The notes beneath the pieces are model-generated. The model saw nothing but the letters and a program-made list of their open reading frames with translations, did no database searches and was not told the origin of the DNA. The translations under genes were made by a program, and so were the position numbers. Positions 11,369-21,292 of a DNA stretch of 64,000 nt are shown piece by piece. Numbering within the stretch: the stretch's first letter is position 1; every line of letters begins with the position of its first letter. The stretch comes from Deltaproteobacteria bacterium (GTDB lineage Bacteria; UBA10199; JACPAL01; JAHFST01): contig JAHFST010000011.1 in assembly GCA_023265625.1 (NCBI GenBank), positions 36,137 through 100,136 on the forward strand, written 5' to 3'.

Positions 11369-11995
11369 GTGGCAAGATATACCGGTTCAGTGTGTCGATT
11401 GTGTCGTCGGGAAGGTTTGAAACTTTTCCTGAAGGGGCAACGTTGTTATACCGAGAAGTGTGCGATTGAGCGCCGTGAGTATGCGCCTGGCCAGCATGGT
11501 CAGGGGCGTACCAAGCTCTCCGATTATGGGGCGCAATTGCGTGAAAAGCAAAAGGTGAAGCGCCTCTATGGGCTTTTGGAACGCCAATTTCGCGGTTCAT
11601 TCCACAAGGCCGAGCGAGTCAAGGGGGTCACAGGCGAGCAAATGCTTTTGCGCCTGGAACGACGTCTCGATAATATGGTCTATCGATTTGGGTTTGCTAA
11701 TTCTCGTTCGGAGGCAAGGCAACTGGTGTTGCATGGCCACTTTCATGTGAATGGTAAGAAGGTGACGATTCCTTCTTACCTGACGGATGCGGGCGATCAG
11801 GTTTCGGTACGGGATAAGAGCCGCCAAATGATGCGCATTCAGGAATCCCTGGAGGCCGTTGAGCGGCGCGGTGTGCCGACTTGGTTGGAGCTGGAAAAAG
11901 AGAAGATGAGTGGGACGGTGAAGACATTGCCGGCTCGCGAAGAGTTGACTCTACCTATGCAAGAACAATTGATTGTTGAACTCTATTCTAAATAA
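11369..11995 (+). CDS. rpsD: 30S ribosomal protein S4
   Basis: [36 protein letters not shown]. Confidence 0.99.
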   Translation: MARYTGSVCRLCRREGLKLFLKGQRCYTEKCAIERREYAPGQHGQGRTKLSDYGAQLREKQKVKRLYGLLERQFRGSFHKAERVKGVTGEQMLLRLERRLDNMVYRFGFANSRSEARQLVLHGHFHVNGKKVTIPSYLTDAGDQVSVRDKSRQMMRIQESLEAVERRGVPTWLELEKEKMSGTVKTLPAREELTLPMQEQLIVELYSK

Positions 11996-12004
11996 GGAGC
12001 TTTT

Positions 12005-13015
12005 ATGTACAGAAATTGGCGTAATTTGATCAAGCCGAAGGGGTTGGAGTTTGAGAAGGAAGTGAATGCCCCGTACTATGGAAAATTCGTCGCCAGGCCC
12101 CTCGAACGGGGTTTCGGTCAGACCTTGGGCAACGCCTTGCGGCGCGTGCTGCTCTCGTCCTTGCAGGGTGCGGCCATTCAATCCATTCGTATTGATGGCG
12201 TCTTGCATGAATTTGCCACGATTCCCGGGGTGGTCGAGGATGTTTCCGACATTATCCTGAATCTCAAGCAATTACGGCTGAAGATCCACTCCGGAGATGA
12301 GGAGACGATTCGCCTGAATATCAAGGGTGAGCATGAGGTCAAGGCGAGTGATATTGAGGCCAATGATAATGTCACGATCCTGAATCCCGACATGCATATT
12401 GCCTCCCTGTCGTCAGAGGGGCAGCTCAGGATGGAAATGAAGGTCAGTATGGGGAAGGGGTATATTCCCTCGGAGCGAAATAAGTCCGAGAAGGACCCCA
12501 TCGGGACGATTGCGATTGATTCCATTCACTCGCCGATCACCAAGGTGAACTATGCGGTGACGAATGCGCGCGTTGGGCAGATGACCGATTATGACCGCTT
12601 GACGATGGAGATATGGACCGATGGTTCCGTGTTACCCACCGATGCCTTGGCCTTTGCGGCCAAGATCATGAAAGAACAAGTTCAGATCTTTATCAACTTT
12701 GAGGAGATTCCTGAGCCGGTGATTCAAGAGATGGAACCGGAGAAACCTTCTTTCAATGAGAATTTAAATCGACGTGTGGAAGAACTGGAACTGTCGGTTC
12801 GTTCGGCCAATTGTTTGCAGAGCGCCAGCATCCATTTTATTGGCGAACTGTGTCAGAAGACCGAGGCGGAGATGTTACGCACCAAGAATTTTGGCAGAAA
12901 GTCGCTCAACGAGATCAAGGAGATACTTTCCGAGATGGGGCTTTCACTGGGCATGAAGTTGGACAGCTGGGTCCTTCCGAAAGAGGATGAAAAACCTAAA
13001 GAAGAGATCGAGTAA
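12005..13015 (+). CDS. rpoA: RNA polymerase alpha subunit
   Basis: [43 protein letters not shown]. Confidence 0.99.
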   Translation: MYRNWRNLIKPKGLEFEKEVNAPYYGKFVARPLERGFGQTLGNALRRVLLSSLQGAAIQSIRIDGVLHEFATIPGVVEDVSDIILNLKQLRLKIHSGDEETIRLNIKGEHEVKASDIEANDNVTILNPDMHIASLSSEGQLRMEMKVSMGKGYIPSERNKSEKDPIGTIAIDSIHSPITKVNYAVTNARVGQMTDYDRLTMEIWTDGSVLPTDALAFAAKIMKEQVQIFINFEEIPEPVIQEMEPEKPSFNENLNRRVEELELSVRSANCLQSASIHFIGELCQKTEAEMLRTKNFGRKSLNEIKEILSEMGLSLGMKLDSWVLPKEDEKPKEEIE

Positions 13016-13026
13016 AAGGATACCTT

Positions 13027-13560
13027 ATGAGACATGGCAAGTCGGTTCACAAATTAGAGCGGCCTTATAGTCATCGTCGGGCCTTGTTAAGGCACCTGAC
13101 GACGGCACTTATCCAGCACGAGCGGATCGAAACGACCCTCCCCAAGGCGAAGGCCATGAGGAAGTACGCTGACCGGATGATTACCTTTGCCAAGAACGGC
13201 ACGCTTCATGCCCGACGCCATGCGGCGCGTTTTGTGACCGATCAGGAGGCCTTGAGCAAACTATTTACCGTCCTTTCGACCCGTTTTAAGGATCGATCAG
13301 GCGGATATACCCGTGTGATCAAGCTTGGCTTCCGGCGCGGCGATGCCGCCCCCATGGCGGTGATCGAATATCTCGGGTATCAGCCCAAGGTTGTTCCAGC
13401 CCCTGGTGAGAAGAAGATCGAAGAAAAGAAGGAAAAGGTAAAAGCCAAGGCGAAGGAACCCAAGAAAACAAAATCCACTGCCAAGCCCAAGGCCGAGAAG
13501 CAACCTGCTAAGAAGAAGGGGTTGTTTGGCCGATTGAAAAAGGAAAAGGGAGAGGAATAA
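13027..13560 (+). CDS. rplQ: 50S ribosomal protein L17 with Lys/Glu-rich tail
   Basis: MRH.., IETTLPKAK, GGYTRVIK..RRGDAAPM. Confidence 0.98.
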   Translation: MRHGKSVHKLERPYSHRRALLRHLTTALIQHERIETTLPKAKAMRKYADRMITFAKNGTLHARRHAARFVTDQEALSKLFTVLSTRFKDRSGGYTRVIKLGFRRGDAAPMAVIEYLGYQPKVVPAPGEKKIEEKKEKVKAKAKEPKKTKSTAKPKAEKQPAKKKGLFGRLKKEKGEE

Positions 13561-13566
13561 CCAGGC

Positions 13567-14076
13567 GTGAAGCTGAAGTTGCTCGTCTTCCTGTTTGCCG
13601 CAGCGACACTGCTCTACTTTCTCTACGTCCTTCCTGCCAAGGAGGGAGTCAGGGGAGGGCAGAAGGCCCCCTCGTTTAGTCTGATCAACGAATCAGGCCA
13701 ATTAGTGACATCGAGTCAGATGACCGGGAGCGTGGTTCTCCTCAATTTTTGGGCCACCTGGTGCCCATCCTGTGTCCGTGAAATCCCCTCCCTGAATCAG
13801 CTCTCGAAGCTGGTGAATAACCCAAAATTCAAGGTGATCGGGGTGAGTGTCGATGAAGAAGGTTGGCCCGCCATCAATCGATTCCGCAGCAGGGTGCCCC
13901 TCGAGTTTGACATCTTGCTCGATCAAAATTCCACCGCCGCCGATCAATTCGGGACGTTTCAGATCCCCGAAACTTTTTTGATTGATAAATACGGTACGAT
14001 TGTCCGCAAGTACGAAGGACCGCGCGACTGGGCCGATCCCAGCATTGTGAAGACTATCCAGCAGCTTTTGCAGTGA
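13567..14076 (+). CDS. TlpA/ResA-family membrane-anchored thioredoxin-like protein
   Basis: N-terminal TM; LNFWATWCPSCVREIP; PETFLID. Confidence 0.9.
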   Translation: MKLKLLVFLFAAATLLYFLYVLPAKEGVRGGQKAPSFSLINESGQLVTSSQMTGSVVLLNFWATWCPSCVREIPSLNQLSKLVNNPKFKVIGVSVDEEGWPAINRFRSRVPLEFDILLDQNSTAADQFGTFQIPETFLIDKYGTIVRKYEGPRDWADPSIVKTIQQLLQ

Positions 14077-14097
14077 GTGGTTGTCAACATTCTCATC

Positions 14098-14148
14098 TTG
14101 ACAGTTTGCCTATAAATCAATAAAAGAAATTGAAAATCAATATCAATT
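14098..14148 (+). promoter_or_regulatory. Sigma70-type promoter with Fur box
   Basis: TTGACA at 14098; AATTGAAAATCAATATCAATT (14128-14148) resembles the delta-proteobacterial Fur consensus TGAAAATnATTTTCA. Confidence 0.75.
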
Positions 14149-14158
14149 AGGAATCCCT

Positions 14159-14593
14159 ATGGAAGACAAAATTTCATTATTGAACAAGCACTTGAAGGAA
14201 AAAGGCCTCAAATCAACCCGGCAGAGGGACCTAATTGTCAGTGAATTCTTTAAGCGCCATCAGCACTTAACGGTGGAGGAATTGCTGGAGCGGGTGCGTA
14301 AGATTGACCAGGGCATTGGCTATGCGACGGTCTATCGGACCCTGCGCCTCTTGACGGAATGTGGGTTGGCATTTAAGCGCGAATTTGGCGGCTCAGCGCG
14401 GTTTGAGCACAGTACCGACCATCATCATGACCACCTCATCTGCCTGGATTGCGGCAAAATTGTCGAGTTTGAAAATGACCGGATTGAGAAGCTGCAAGCC
14501 GAGGTGTGTCAGAAAAACCGCTTCAAACTAATCAATCATAAGATGGAACTTTATGGCTATTGTGAGAAATGTCATGGCAAACATCATGAGTGA
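14159..14593 (+). CDS. fur: Fur-family transcriptional regulator
   Basis: GLKSTRQR, ATVYRTL, HHHDHLICLDCG, YGYCEKC. Confidence 0.95.
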   Translation: MEDKISLLNKHLKEKGLKSTRQRDLIVSEFFKRHQHLTVEELLERVRKIDQGIGYATVYRTLRLLTECGLAFKREFGGSARFEHSTDHHHDHLICLDCGKIVEFENDRIEKLQAEVCQKNRFKLINHKMELYGYCEKCHGKHHE

Positions 14594-16514
14594 ACCCAAA
14601 ATAGCCCTCGTGGGTAATCCCAATGTTGGTAAGAGCGTGATTTTTGGCTTCATGACCGGCCGTTATGTTACCGTTTCCAATTATCCTGGAACCACGGTGG
14701 AGGTCTCACGGGGCCGTGCTCAGATTGCCGGACAAGACGTTGAAATCGTCGACACCCCCGGCATCAATACCTTGGTGCCCATGTCGGAAGATGAACGGGC
14801 CACCCGCAATATCTTGTTAAACGAAAAATTTGATGCGGTCCTGCAGGTGTGCGATGCCAAGAATTTACGCCGCGGGCTGCTGATTACCTTGCAACTCATT
14901 GAAATGGGAGTCCCGGTCCTGTTGGATCTCAACATGGAAGACGAGGTGACTTCGCGCGGTATCTCGATTGATAAAGTTAAATTGGCCGCCCTGTTAAAAA
15001 TTAAGGTGAAGGGCTCCACGGCCATTCAAAAGCGTGGCTTGTCGGACATTCAAAAAGAAATTTTAACCGTCCAACCTTCAGAATATCGATTTTCTTATTC
15101 GCAGCCGATTGAACAGGCCATTGCCACCCTGACCGAGTTGCTCCCCACGACCTTCATCGCCAAACGATCCATTGCCTTGATGCTCTTGGCCGGGGATCGA
15201 AGTTTGACGACATGGCTGCATCAATATATTCCCGACGAAAAAATCAAACAGATAGATGATGTGTGCCATCAAGTGGCGCGGCAGTTTGTGGAAGGCTTGA
15301 GCTATGTCATCTATCGCCAACGAAGCCGGTATGTCGAAGAAATTTGTCACGGTGTTATCACCCAGGAAAAACGCCAAGAGATGGGGTGGGCTGTTTGGCT
15401 GGGCAAGTGGTCGACACATCCGATCGGTGGCGTGTTCATGTTGTTGGCCGTCTTGCTCATTCTTTACGAATTTGTCGGGGTCTTTGGCGCCGGTACGGCC
15501 GTGGGTTGGCTGGAAAACGGCGTATTTAACGGCTGGCTTAATCCTTTAGCCATTCGCGGTTTTGCCAAACTGTTTTATTTTTCACCGTTTATGCGTGATA
15601 TTTTTGTGGGTCCGTACGGCATCATCACGATGGGCCTCACCTATTCGCTCGCCATCATCTTGCCGATTGTCGTTACTTTTTTTATCGCCTTCAGCATTAT
15701 GGAAGATTCCGGCTATCTACCTAGGCTCGCCATCATGATGAATCGCATCTTTAAGTGGATGGGTTTAAACGGCAAGGCGGTGGTGCCCATGGTGCTTGGG
15801 TTGGGTTGCGATACGATGGCCACCATGACGGCACGGATCATGGATACGCGTAAGGAACGGATTATTTTGACCTTGCTCCTGGCGCTCGGAATTCCTTGTT
15901 CCGCTCAACTGGGTATTATTCTCGGCATGCTTTCGGCCTTGCCGGCTTGGATGACCTTGCTGTGGCTTGGGGTGGTTACTGGGGTGCTGTTTTTGGTGGG
16001 CTCACTCGCCTCCATGGTGGTGCCGGGTCATAGCTCTGATTTTATCATGGAAATACCCCCCATTCGTCGTCCCATGTTGCTCAACATTATGACCAAAACG
16101 ATGGCGCGTCTTGAATGGTACCTCAAAGAAGTGGTGCCGTTATTCGTGATTGGGACCCTGGCCTTGTTTTTCTTGGATCGTTTGGGGGTCTTGCCGGTGA
16201 TCCGAAATTTTGCCCATCCCTTCGTGACCGGTTTTCTCGGGCTCCCGGATCAAGCAACGGATGCTTTTTTGATTGGCTTTTTACGCAGGGATTATGGGGC
16301 CACGCACTTCTTCGATATGTTTAACAAGGGTCAAATGGACAGTATCCAGGCGATTGTCTCGCTCATTGTGATGACCCTCTTTGTCCCGTGTCTCGCCAAT
16401 GCCTTGATGATTGTGAAAGAGCGCGGCATGGCGGTGATGGTGGCGATTGTTGGTTTTATCTACCCCTTTGCATTTTTGGTGGGGGGCATAGTGAATTGGA
16501 CGCTACGCCTATGA
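14586..16514 (+). CDS. feoB: Ferrous iron transporter FeoB
   Basis: GNPNVGKS, NYPGTTVE, DTPG, NMED; gate motifs EDSGYLPR, GLGC, PCSAQ. Confidence 0.96.
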   Translation: MSEPKIALVGNPNVGKSVIFGFMTGRYVTVSNYPGTTVEVSRGRAQIAGQDVEIVDTPGINTLVPMSEDERATRNILLNEKFDAVLQVCDAKNLRRGLLITLQLIEMGVPVLLDLNMEDEVTSRGISIDKVKLAALLKIKVKGSTAIQKRGLSDIQKEILTVQPSEYRFSYSQPIEQAIATLTELLPTTFIAKRSIALMLLAGDRSLTTWLHQYIPDEKIKQIDDVCHQVARQFVEGLSYVIYRQRSRYVEEICHGVITQEKRQEMGWAVWLGKWSTHPIGGVFMLLAVLLILYEFVGVFGAGTAVGWLENGVFNGWLNPLAIRGFAKLFYFSPFMRDIFVGPYGIITMGLTYSLAIILPIVVTFFIAFSIMEDSGYLPRLAIMMNRIFKWMGLNGKAVVPMVLGLGCDTMATMTARIMDTRKERIILTLLLALGIPCSAQLGIILGMLSALPAWMTLLWLGVVTGVLFLVGSLASMVVPGHSSDFIMEIPPIRRPMLLNIMTKTMARLEWYLKEVVPLFVIGTLALFFLDRLGVLPVIRNFAHPFVTGFLGLPDQATDAFLIGFLRRDYGATHFFDMFNKGQMDSIQAIVSLIVMTLFVPCLANALMIVKERGMAVMVAIVGFIYPFAFLVGGIVNWTLRL

Positions 16515-16702
16515 AGTGTCCATTGTGCCAATTTGAATTTAACGATGACAGTGCCTGCCATGGTTGTGGTTTTACGACCCATTGCACGATGATTAAATGC
16601 CCTAACTGTCAGTACGAGTTTGTCGAAAAATCGGCCGTCTTTAATTTTTTTGGGAAAATTTTTGTAAAAATCAAACATAAATTAAGGGGTAAATCGAAAT
16701 GA
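16511..16702 (+). CDS. Small Cys-rich protein, FeoB-associated (63 aa)
   Basis: MKCPLC..CHGC...C..CPNC; ATGA overlaps with feoB and with the next gene. Confidence 0.75.
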   Translation: MKCPLCQFEFNDDSACHGCGFTTHCTMIKCPNCQYEFVEKSAVFNFFGKIFVKIKHKLRGKSK

Positions 16703-17385
16703 AATCGAGCTCAACCTGTGGCCAAGAAGTGCGTGCGCATGAGTTGGATGAATTGTTAGAACGTGTTTGGACCTTGCGTGAACAAGGCAAAAATGAAGTC
16801 ACGGACTTGCTGTCCATCACGCCCATCGAAGACGGCAAGCTCTGGTTGCAACAATTGCAAACTCTGGGGTTGGTGACCCTGTTGCAAAATACCGTCAAAA
16901 TGACCAAGGAAGGGGAGCGGGAGGCGGAGCAGATCCTGAGACGCCACCGTCTAGCCGAACGACTTTTTGCCGATGTTTTTCTCACCAGCGAAGAGGTCTG
17001 GGAGCGTGAGGCCTGTGAATTGGAGCATCAGTCTGTCTTGACCGAGGAGGCTGTCAGTGCGGTGTGCGCCTTTTTGGGGCATCCTCCGACCTGTCCTCAC
17101 GGGCGGCCGATCCCACGGGGCGCGTGTTGCTCGCATTTTCAAAAAGAGATCAAACCTTTCGTGATTCCTTTGACAGAGGCGGCCCTGGCCGATCATTATC
17201 AGATCGTCTTTATGACACCCAAGAGTCATGCCCCATTGGATCGCTTGGCGACCTTGGGGATTCACCCGGGTGGCGAGATTCGTGTCACCCAGCGTCGTCC
17301 GTCCTTTGTGGTCCGGGTTGGTGAGACGGATGTGGCCTTGGATAAGAGCTTGGCGCAGGATATTTTTGTGAAACAGATAAGTTAG
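16699..17385 (+). CDS. DtxR/MntR-family metal-dependent regulator with C-terminal FeoA domain
   Basis: LRRHRLAERLF, ACELEH, HPPTCPHGRPIP; C-terminal RLATLGIHPG FeoA-like segment. Confidence 0.88.
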   Translation: MKSSSTCGQEVRAHELDELLERVWTLREQGKNEVTDLLSITPIEDGKLWLQQLQTLGLVTLLQNTVKMTKEGEREAEQILRRHRLAERLFADVFLTSEEVWEREACELEHQSVLTEEAVSAVCAFLGHPPTCPHGRPIPRGACCSHFQKEIKPFVIPLTEAALADHYQIVFMTPKSHAPLDRLATLGIHPGGEIRVTQRRPSFVVRVGETDVALDKSLAQDIFVKQIS

Positions 17386-17395
17386 GAAGGTATCC

Positions 17396-17932
17396 ATGAA
17401 ACTTTGGTTAAGTATTTTTTTTCTGTTCTGGATCAGACCCGCCTGGGCCCAGACTGTTTATTTAACACCGGAAGAGGCCTTGAAACGGGCCTTTCAAAAT
17501 TCCCAGCAAGTGATCAGTGACAAAAAACAGCTCACCGATCCGCAAAAGAGTTTTGTCGAAAAGACCCTCGGCAAGGCCCTGGCCAAGACACAATGGACCT
17601 TTTACCTGGGAAAATCCGGCAAACAAACGGATGGCTATGCCTTGATCGACAATGAAGTCGGCAAGACGGAGCCTATTACCTTCATGACCATGATTGGCCC
17701 GGACGGAAAGGTGCGACAGGTGGAGATTCTCGTCTATCGCGAACCCATTGGCGGAGAGATTCAATCAGACAATTTTCGAAAACAGTTCCTCAATAAAACG
17801 GCCGCAGACCCCGTGCGGAGCGGACAGGATATTAAAAACATCAGTGGGGCGACCCTGTCTTCCCGTGCGGTGAGCCTTGGGGTAAAACGAGCCCTGCTAC
17901 TTTGGAAGGAATTTTATGATAAAACTCCATAG
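17396..17932 (+). CDS. Exported FMN-binding (flavinylation) domain protein
   Basis: Signal peptide (PAWA|Q); YREPIGGE; DIKNISGATLSS flavinylation-type motif. Confidence 0.8.
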   Translation: MKLWLSIFFLFWIRPAWAQTVYLTPEEALKRAFQNSQQVISDKKQLTDPQKSFVEKTLGKALAKTQWTFYLGKSGKQTDGYALIDNEVGKTEPITFMTMIGPDGKVRQVEILVYREPIGGEIQSDNFRKQFLNKTAADPVRSGQDIKNISGATLSSRAVSLGVKRALLLWKEFYDKTP

Positions 17933-18404
17933 CCTCCCCGCCAGTCTCAAGGTCTTGATCACGGCCTTTTGTCTCTCCATCGCGATGGGTTATGGGGTGG
18001 CTTGTTTGCAGATCTTTTCCAGAACTGGATTTAGTGTGCAAGACGCCGCGCGGCATTACCACGGAGGCCTGACAGAACAAGAGCAGGAGATCTACACGCC
18101 GCCGAGTTTCAATACCCTGTTGGCGGTGTCCCACGTGCACACCTTCAGCCAGCCGGTGATGTTGGGACTTCTCGGTCTCATTTTTGCCCTGACGTATCTC
18201 CCGGAAGGTGTGAAGGTGTTATTTATCCTGCTGTCATTTATGGGCAGTTTGGGCAGCAATCTGGCCCCTTGGTTGATTCGCTATGTCTCGCCCCATTGGA
18301 CCTTTTTGTTGCCCTTGACGCAGTTACTTGTGATGGGGTCGTTTTTTCTGATGTTGTTCGTGATCTTGTATGATGTGTGGGGGAATCCGGAGAGGGATGA
18401 GTAA
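17916..18404 (+). CDS. Hypothetical 4-TM membrane protein with His residues
   Basis: Hydrophobic segments; HYHG and SHVHTFS; overlaps upstream gene. Confidence 0.7.
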   Translation: MIKLHSLPASLKVLITAFCLSIAMGYGVACLQIFSRTGFSVQDAARHYHGGLTEQEQEIYTPPSFNTLLAVSHVHTFSQPVMLGLLGLIFALTYLPEGVKVLFILLSFMGSLGSNLAPWLIRYVSPHWTFLLPLTQLLVMGSFFLMLFVILYDVWGNPERDE

Positions 18405-18451
18405 GTTCAAGAAGAAGTCATCGATATAGAAGCCAAAAATCTTTTTTTTTC

Positions 18452-20059
18452 TTAGGGAGCCCTATCAGGCATTGGTTGAAAAGGAATGGTGTTTTTTTGA
18501 GGCGTTTGCATGGGGGTGGGATCGATGTTGCCGCATAGTTTGGAATAGATAGGTTCTCCCACTTTTCCCGCCGCGCAAATCTCGTTTTTGTTGGGGGCGC
18601 TCGGCTTGCACTGGGAGCAGTCACATTTGGCTTGGCCGCCGCCCGATGGAGGGAGGTCAACCGGCTTCAAGGTGCCACCAGAGCAACAGGTAGGACAATT
18701 CGATTTGTTTGAAGCATCCAATTTGTTGCTGCCGCTACCGCTAAAGACCTCTCCAGCCTTACCCTTTTTGAGACAGGGGCAGCTCATCACAAACGGGCCG
18801 TCGGGGTTGATATCGGAGTCGGAATTCTGCGCGATTTTCTTGTTTGCACCCAAGGAACATTCGGCTTGCGGCAAGATCGTTTGGTTGCTCTGCTGCCAGC
18901 AGCCTCTCACATAGGCGGCCACTTGTTCCTCGCACCAGGCGGCGTCATTGGCGTCCGGAGAGGGAGTGAAGCTCCCTCCCACCCCGATACTGGCCTCAAT
19001 AGCGCCGTTTTTGGAGACGCTTCCCCAATGAACCCCTCCTATGGAGAAATTGCCATCAATTTTATGATAGACGCCGCCACCACCGCCATACTTGTTGGGA
19101 TCGTTGGGGTCCTTGCCGCCGAATCCATGGAATTGCCATTCTCCTGTATCGTAAAGCACGTATCCGCCCCCTTTGCCGTTGGAGCCGGCACTGAGGCCGT
19201 TTGGATTGTCACTGGAAGACACTGCGGGTGGGCCGGCAGGGATATTATTGCCCTGTCCCCCTGGATCTGTTGCCCCTTGGTTGTTGTCGGAGTGACCACC
19301 CTGGGAATTTTTATCCTTATCCTTGGTGGACTCTTTTTCTTTGTTGCCCGGTTCAGGGGGGCTTGACTCGTTCGCTTCTTTCGCTTCCTTTTTAGGTTCT
19401 TTGGGAGCGGGGGCTTCATCGGAGGCACCACCATAGAGCTTGATGGGATCGATCTTTAAACATTTTTCCGCAAAGGCCTTCATGGCATTTTGTTGCATCT
19501 CTTGGCCGATGCCATTTTTGGGTGTAGACCCGCCCTCGTCCCTGGATAGGTACTCCTCGCTCGGTCCAGTCGATGGGAAACCGCAAAAAGGATTGGCCGT
19601 TCCGTTGGCAGTGCATGCCCCCGGCGAGGCGATGTTCAACGCCTTCATGCCGGCTCCGCCCTTGCTCAGGGCAAGGGCCTGTTTTTGCATCGAGGAAAAG
19701 GCCGGGTCGTTCTGGTAGTTGAGATATTTCAGCAGGGCCTGTTCGGCCAGACACCACCAGCCAATCAGTTCCGCCGATAGATTGGTCATGCCGTTTATCT
19801 TGTGGCTCAAGGAACCTGAAGACGTTCCCTCTAATTCACGTTGCAGGGTGTTGCAGCTATTTAAGACCTGTTCGGCACAATCCTCCAGATTTGGATCACC
19901 TTGGCAGCCGTGCTGCGAGACATAGGCGAACACCTCTTGAAATTTGGTTGGTACAGGATTGTAGGCCTGTTGAGATTTTGGAGCTCTGCTATTTGCGTCC
20001 CGTAAGGGAGTGAGGCAGGACAACAGCAGCACTAAAACAGTCAGTATGAAACGAGTCAT
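18452..20059 (-). CDS. Secreted/lipoprotein-like Cys- and Gly-rich hypothetical protein
   Basis: MTRFILTVLVLLLSC lipobox-like start; many Cys; low-complexity linker; start moved to ATG 20059. Confidence 0.75.
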   Translation of the reverse strand: MTRFILTVLVLLLSCLTPLRDANSRAPKSQQAYNPVPTKFQEVFAYVSQHGCQGDPNLEDCAEQVLNSCNTLQRELEGTSSGSLSHKINGMTNLSAELIGWWCLAEQALLKYLNYQNDPAFSSMQKQALALSKGGAGMKALNIASPGACTANGTANPFCGFPSTGPSEEYLSRDEGGSTPKNGIGQEMQQNAMKAFAEKCLKIDPIKLYGGASDEAPAPKEPKKEAKEANESSPPEPGNKEKESTKDKDKNSQGGHSDNNQGATDPGGQGNNIPAGPPAVSSSDNPNGLSAGSNGKGGGYVLYDTGEWQFHGFGGKDPNDPNKYGGGGGVYHKIDGNFSIGGVHWGSVSKNGAIEASIGVGGSFTPSPDANDAAWCEEQVAAYVRGCWQQSNQTILPQAECSLGANKKIAQNSDSDINPDGPFVMSCPCLKKGKAGEVFSGSGSNKLDASNKSNCPTCCSGGTLKPVDLPPSGGGQAKCDCSQCKPSAPNKNEICAAGKVGEPIYSKLCGNIDPTPMQTPQKNTIPFQPMPDRAP

Positions 20060-20070
20060 ACATAAAAATA

Positions 20071-20086
20071 AGCAACAAACATGCCA
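20071..20086 (-). promoter_or_regulatory. Sigma54 (-24/-12) promoter
   Basis: TGGCATGTTTGTTGCT matches TGGCAC-N5-TTGCW; AT-rich region upstream. Confidence 0.7.
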
Positions 20087-20288
20087 TGCCACTCATCAGT
20101 AAATTATTATGTAACTATTTAAAATATAAACACTTTTTAATTTAATGTGTATTGAATCGGGGCTAATTTTGGGGACAGGGTGGGTACTTTACTACTCGTA
20201 TCGTCCTAATTCCGTCAGGAGTTGAGCAGGATTTGCGTCTTTCCTCAACATGTGGTGTTGAATTTATTGATTTTTATTTTTTCAATAG

Positions 20289-20313
20289 GCAACTTTTTGC
20301 CCCACCATCCGAT
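20289..20313 (+). promoter_or_regulatory. Putative alternative-sigma promoter GCAAC-N15-CCGAT
   Basis: Same motif and spacing at 29624-29648 (+) and 28821-28845 (-). Confidence 0.55.
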
Positions 20314-20324
20314 CACAACAAACA

Positions 20325-21023
20325 ATGGCGACTTTACCCTATGGCGTGGCTGTTTATGATGGAGTGGCACCTTCTGCTTTGTGCAGACAGTTGATTACGC
20401 ATTTTGACGCAACACCCAAAAAAGCCATCGATCATAAAATTGATGGGAAGCCGGAACCCTTTGAGTATTTAGAAGTTGATGAAGAAAATATCAGGAGTCA
20501 TATTGCGATTCATGAAGTGTATCGGAGAATTAGTCGGTATGTGGATAGGTATTTGGATGAGCACATAGCCAGTCCCGAGTTTAGAAGCCAATTGAAGGCA
20601 GGCATTTATTCCCTGGATCCTAGGATGAAGAAATATTCTGTGGGCGGTGACTTTCCATCACATACGGATGATTCCAGTATCATCGCTCAATCAAGAAGGT
20701 TTGCGTATATTCTCTATCTCAACGATGATTTTACAGGTGGCCACACGGTATTTAGGAGTGGCACCGCTGAGGTGGCAAGAATAGTTCCAGCAGAAGGGGC
20801 TCTGGCTGTTTTTGCCGTTCATCCTGTGTTTATGCATGAAGGCGCACCCATCACCAGCGGATCCAAATATATTTTTAATGGGTTTGTGGAAACCATGGTA
20901 TCCCAAGCGAGGGCGGCTCAAGAGGGCTCTACAGCCTCAAAGCTGGATGTTGTGAAAATCGAGCTTGCGATGAATGTTGCGAAGTTGAGTCGTGCGGCAG
21001 AAAAAGTTTTTGGAAAGAGATAG
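20325..21023 (+). CDS. 2OG-Fe(II) oxygenase (prolyl-hydroxylase-like)
   Basis: HTD, YILYLNDDFTGG.T, MHEG..ITSGSKY. Confidence 0.85.
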   Translation: MATLPYGVAVYDGVAPSALCRQLITHFDATPKKAIDHKIDGKPEPFEYLEVDEENIRSHIAIHEVYRRISRYVDRYLDEHIASPEFRSQLKAGIYSLDPRMKKYSVGGDFPSHTDDSSIIAQSRRFAYILYLNDDFTGGHTVFRSGTAEVARIVPAEGALAVFAVHPVFMHEGAPITSGSKYIFNGFVETMVSQARAAQEGSTASKLDVVKIELAMNVAKLSRAAEKVFGKR

Positions 21024-21069
21024 GAAGTTAGCGGGTAGAAAACATTTGATTCCATGCCTGGCTGCAGGC
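20969..21069 (+). repeat. 101-bp direct repeat, copy 1 (copy 2 at 28876-28976)
   Basis: 3 mismatches by eye; includes the 3' end of the pemK-like toxin. Confidence 0.95.
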
Positions 21070-21258
21070 AAGAAGATTCTCGCCGTAACCGGCCCGCTTT
21101 TGTTCTTTTTGCTCTTCTTCCACGATTTCCCGGCCGATCAGCCAATAAGCTAAGACTTGAGACATATTGACGGAACGGGCCGCTCCAGCTCGTACTGATT
21201 CGATGATTTCTCGAATGCGCTGATACAGAAGAGAAGATTTTTGAAGCTTCATTGGCAT
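21028..21258 (-). pseudogene. Truncated DUF1016/YhcG-like N-terminal fragment fused to pemK 3' end
   Basis: RSVN...AYWLIGREIVEEEQ...RAGYG DUF1016-like segment, then ACSQAWNQMFSTR from the repeat. Confidence 0.75.
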
Positions 21259-21292
21259 GGAAATTTACCAGGTAGACGGTTTTGTGCTTCAA

